From the IMG/VR virus record IMGVR_UViG_3300025096_000026, positions 1-53,203 of that record: DNA of 53,203 nt. One strand, 5' to 3'. This document shows positions 53,203 through 53,203 of this stretch, piece by piece. The stretch comes from a virus. Taxonomy: Duplodnaviria; Caudoviricetes. The number at the start of each line of letters is the position of its first letter. The first letter of the stretch is position 1. The notes under the pieces were generated by a model, which worked only from the letters and a program-made list of their open reading frames with translations, was not told the DNA's origin and ran no database searches. Position numbers and translations under genes: made by a program.

Positions 53203-53203
53203 T

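Noticed and set aside
1-53203. Alternative genetic code (stop-codon reassignment, as in some large phages)
   Set aside because: Core genes are full-length in the standard code, and TAA, TAG and TGA all end genes at sensible positions with tight packing.
1-53203. tRNA, rRNA, integrase or IS elements
   Set aside because: No cloverleaf with a T-loop, no rRNA-like stretch and no recombinase or transposase motif was seen, and the intergenic gaps are short. A tRNAscan run would confirm this.

Overview
This 53-kb window is part of a large T4-like contractile-tailed (myovirus) phage genome. Almost all genes are on the minus strand and use the standard code. Reading the minus strand from high to low coordinates, the order is: (1) an array of small genes sharing an MKITKQRLKEIIKEEL-type N-terminus, plus an unannotated Cys-rich micro-ORF; (2) a fused Mre11/Rad50 (SbcD-SbcC) nuclease; (3) a lone plus-strand J-domain gene; (4) a holin/spanin-like cluster; (5) terminase, portal and prohead protease; (6) ribosomal protein bS21; (7) neck and fibre genes, scaffold, major capsid, sheath, tube, tail chaperone (with a probable +1 frameshift), tape measure and baseplate genes; (8) a replication/recombination module with a minimal family-A polymerase, MazG-like NTP-PPase, divergent tubulin/PhuZ-like protein, gp32 SSB, Hc1-like protein, stand-alone Smr domain, RecA/UvsX, 5'-3' exonuclease, DnaB-like helicase and the 5' part of a class II ribonucleotide reductase. 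Sigma70-type promoters precede the replication genes, and a different CTAWTTA motif precedes the structural genes. All protein calls come from motif recognition by eye; no database searches were run.
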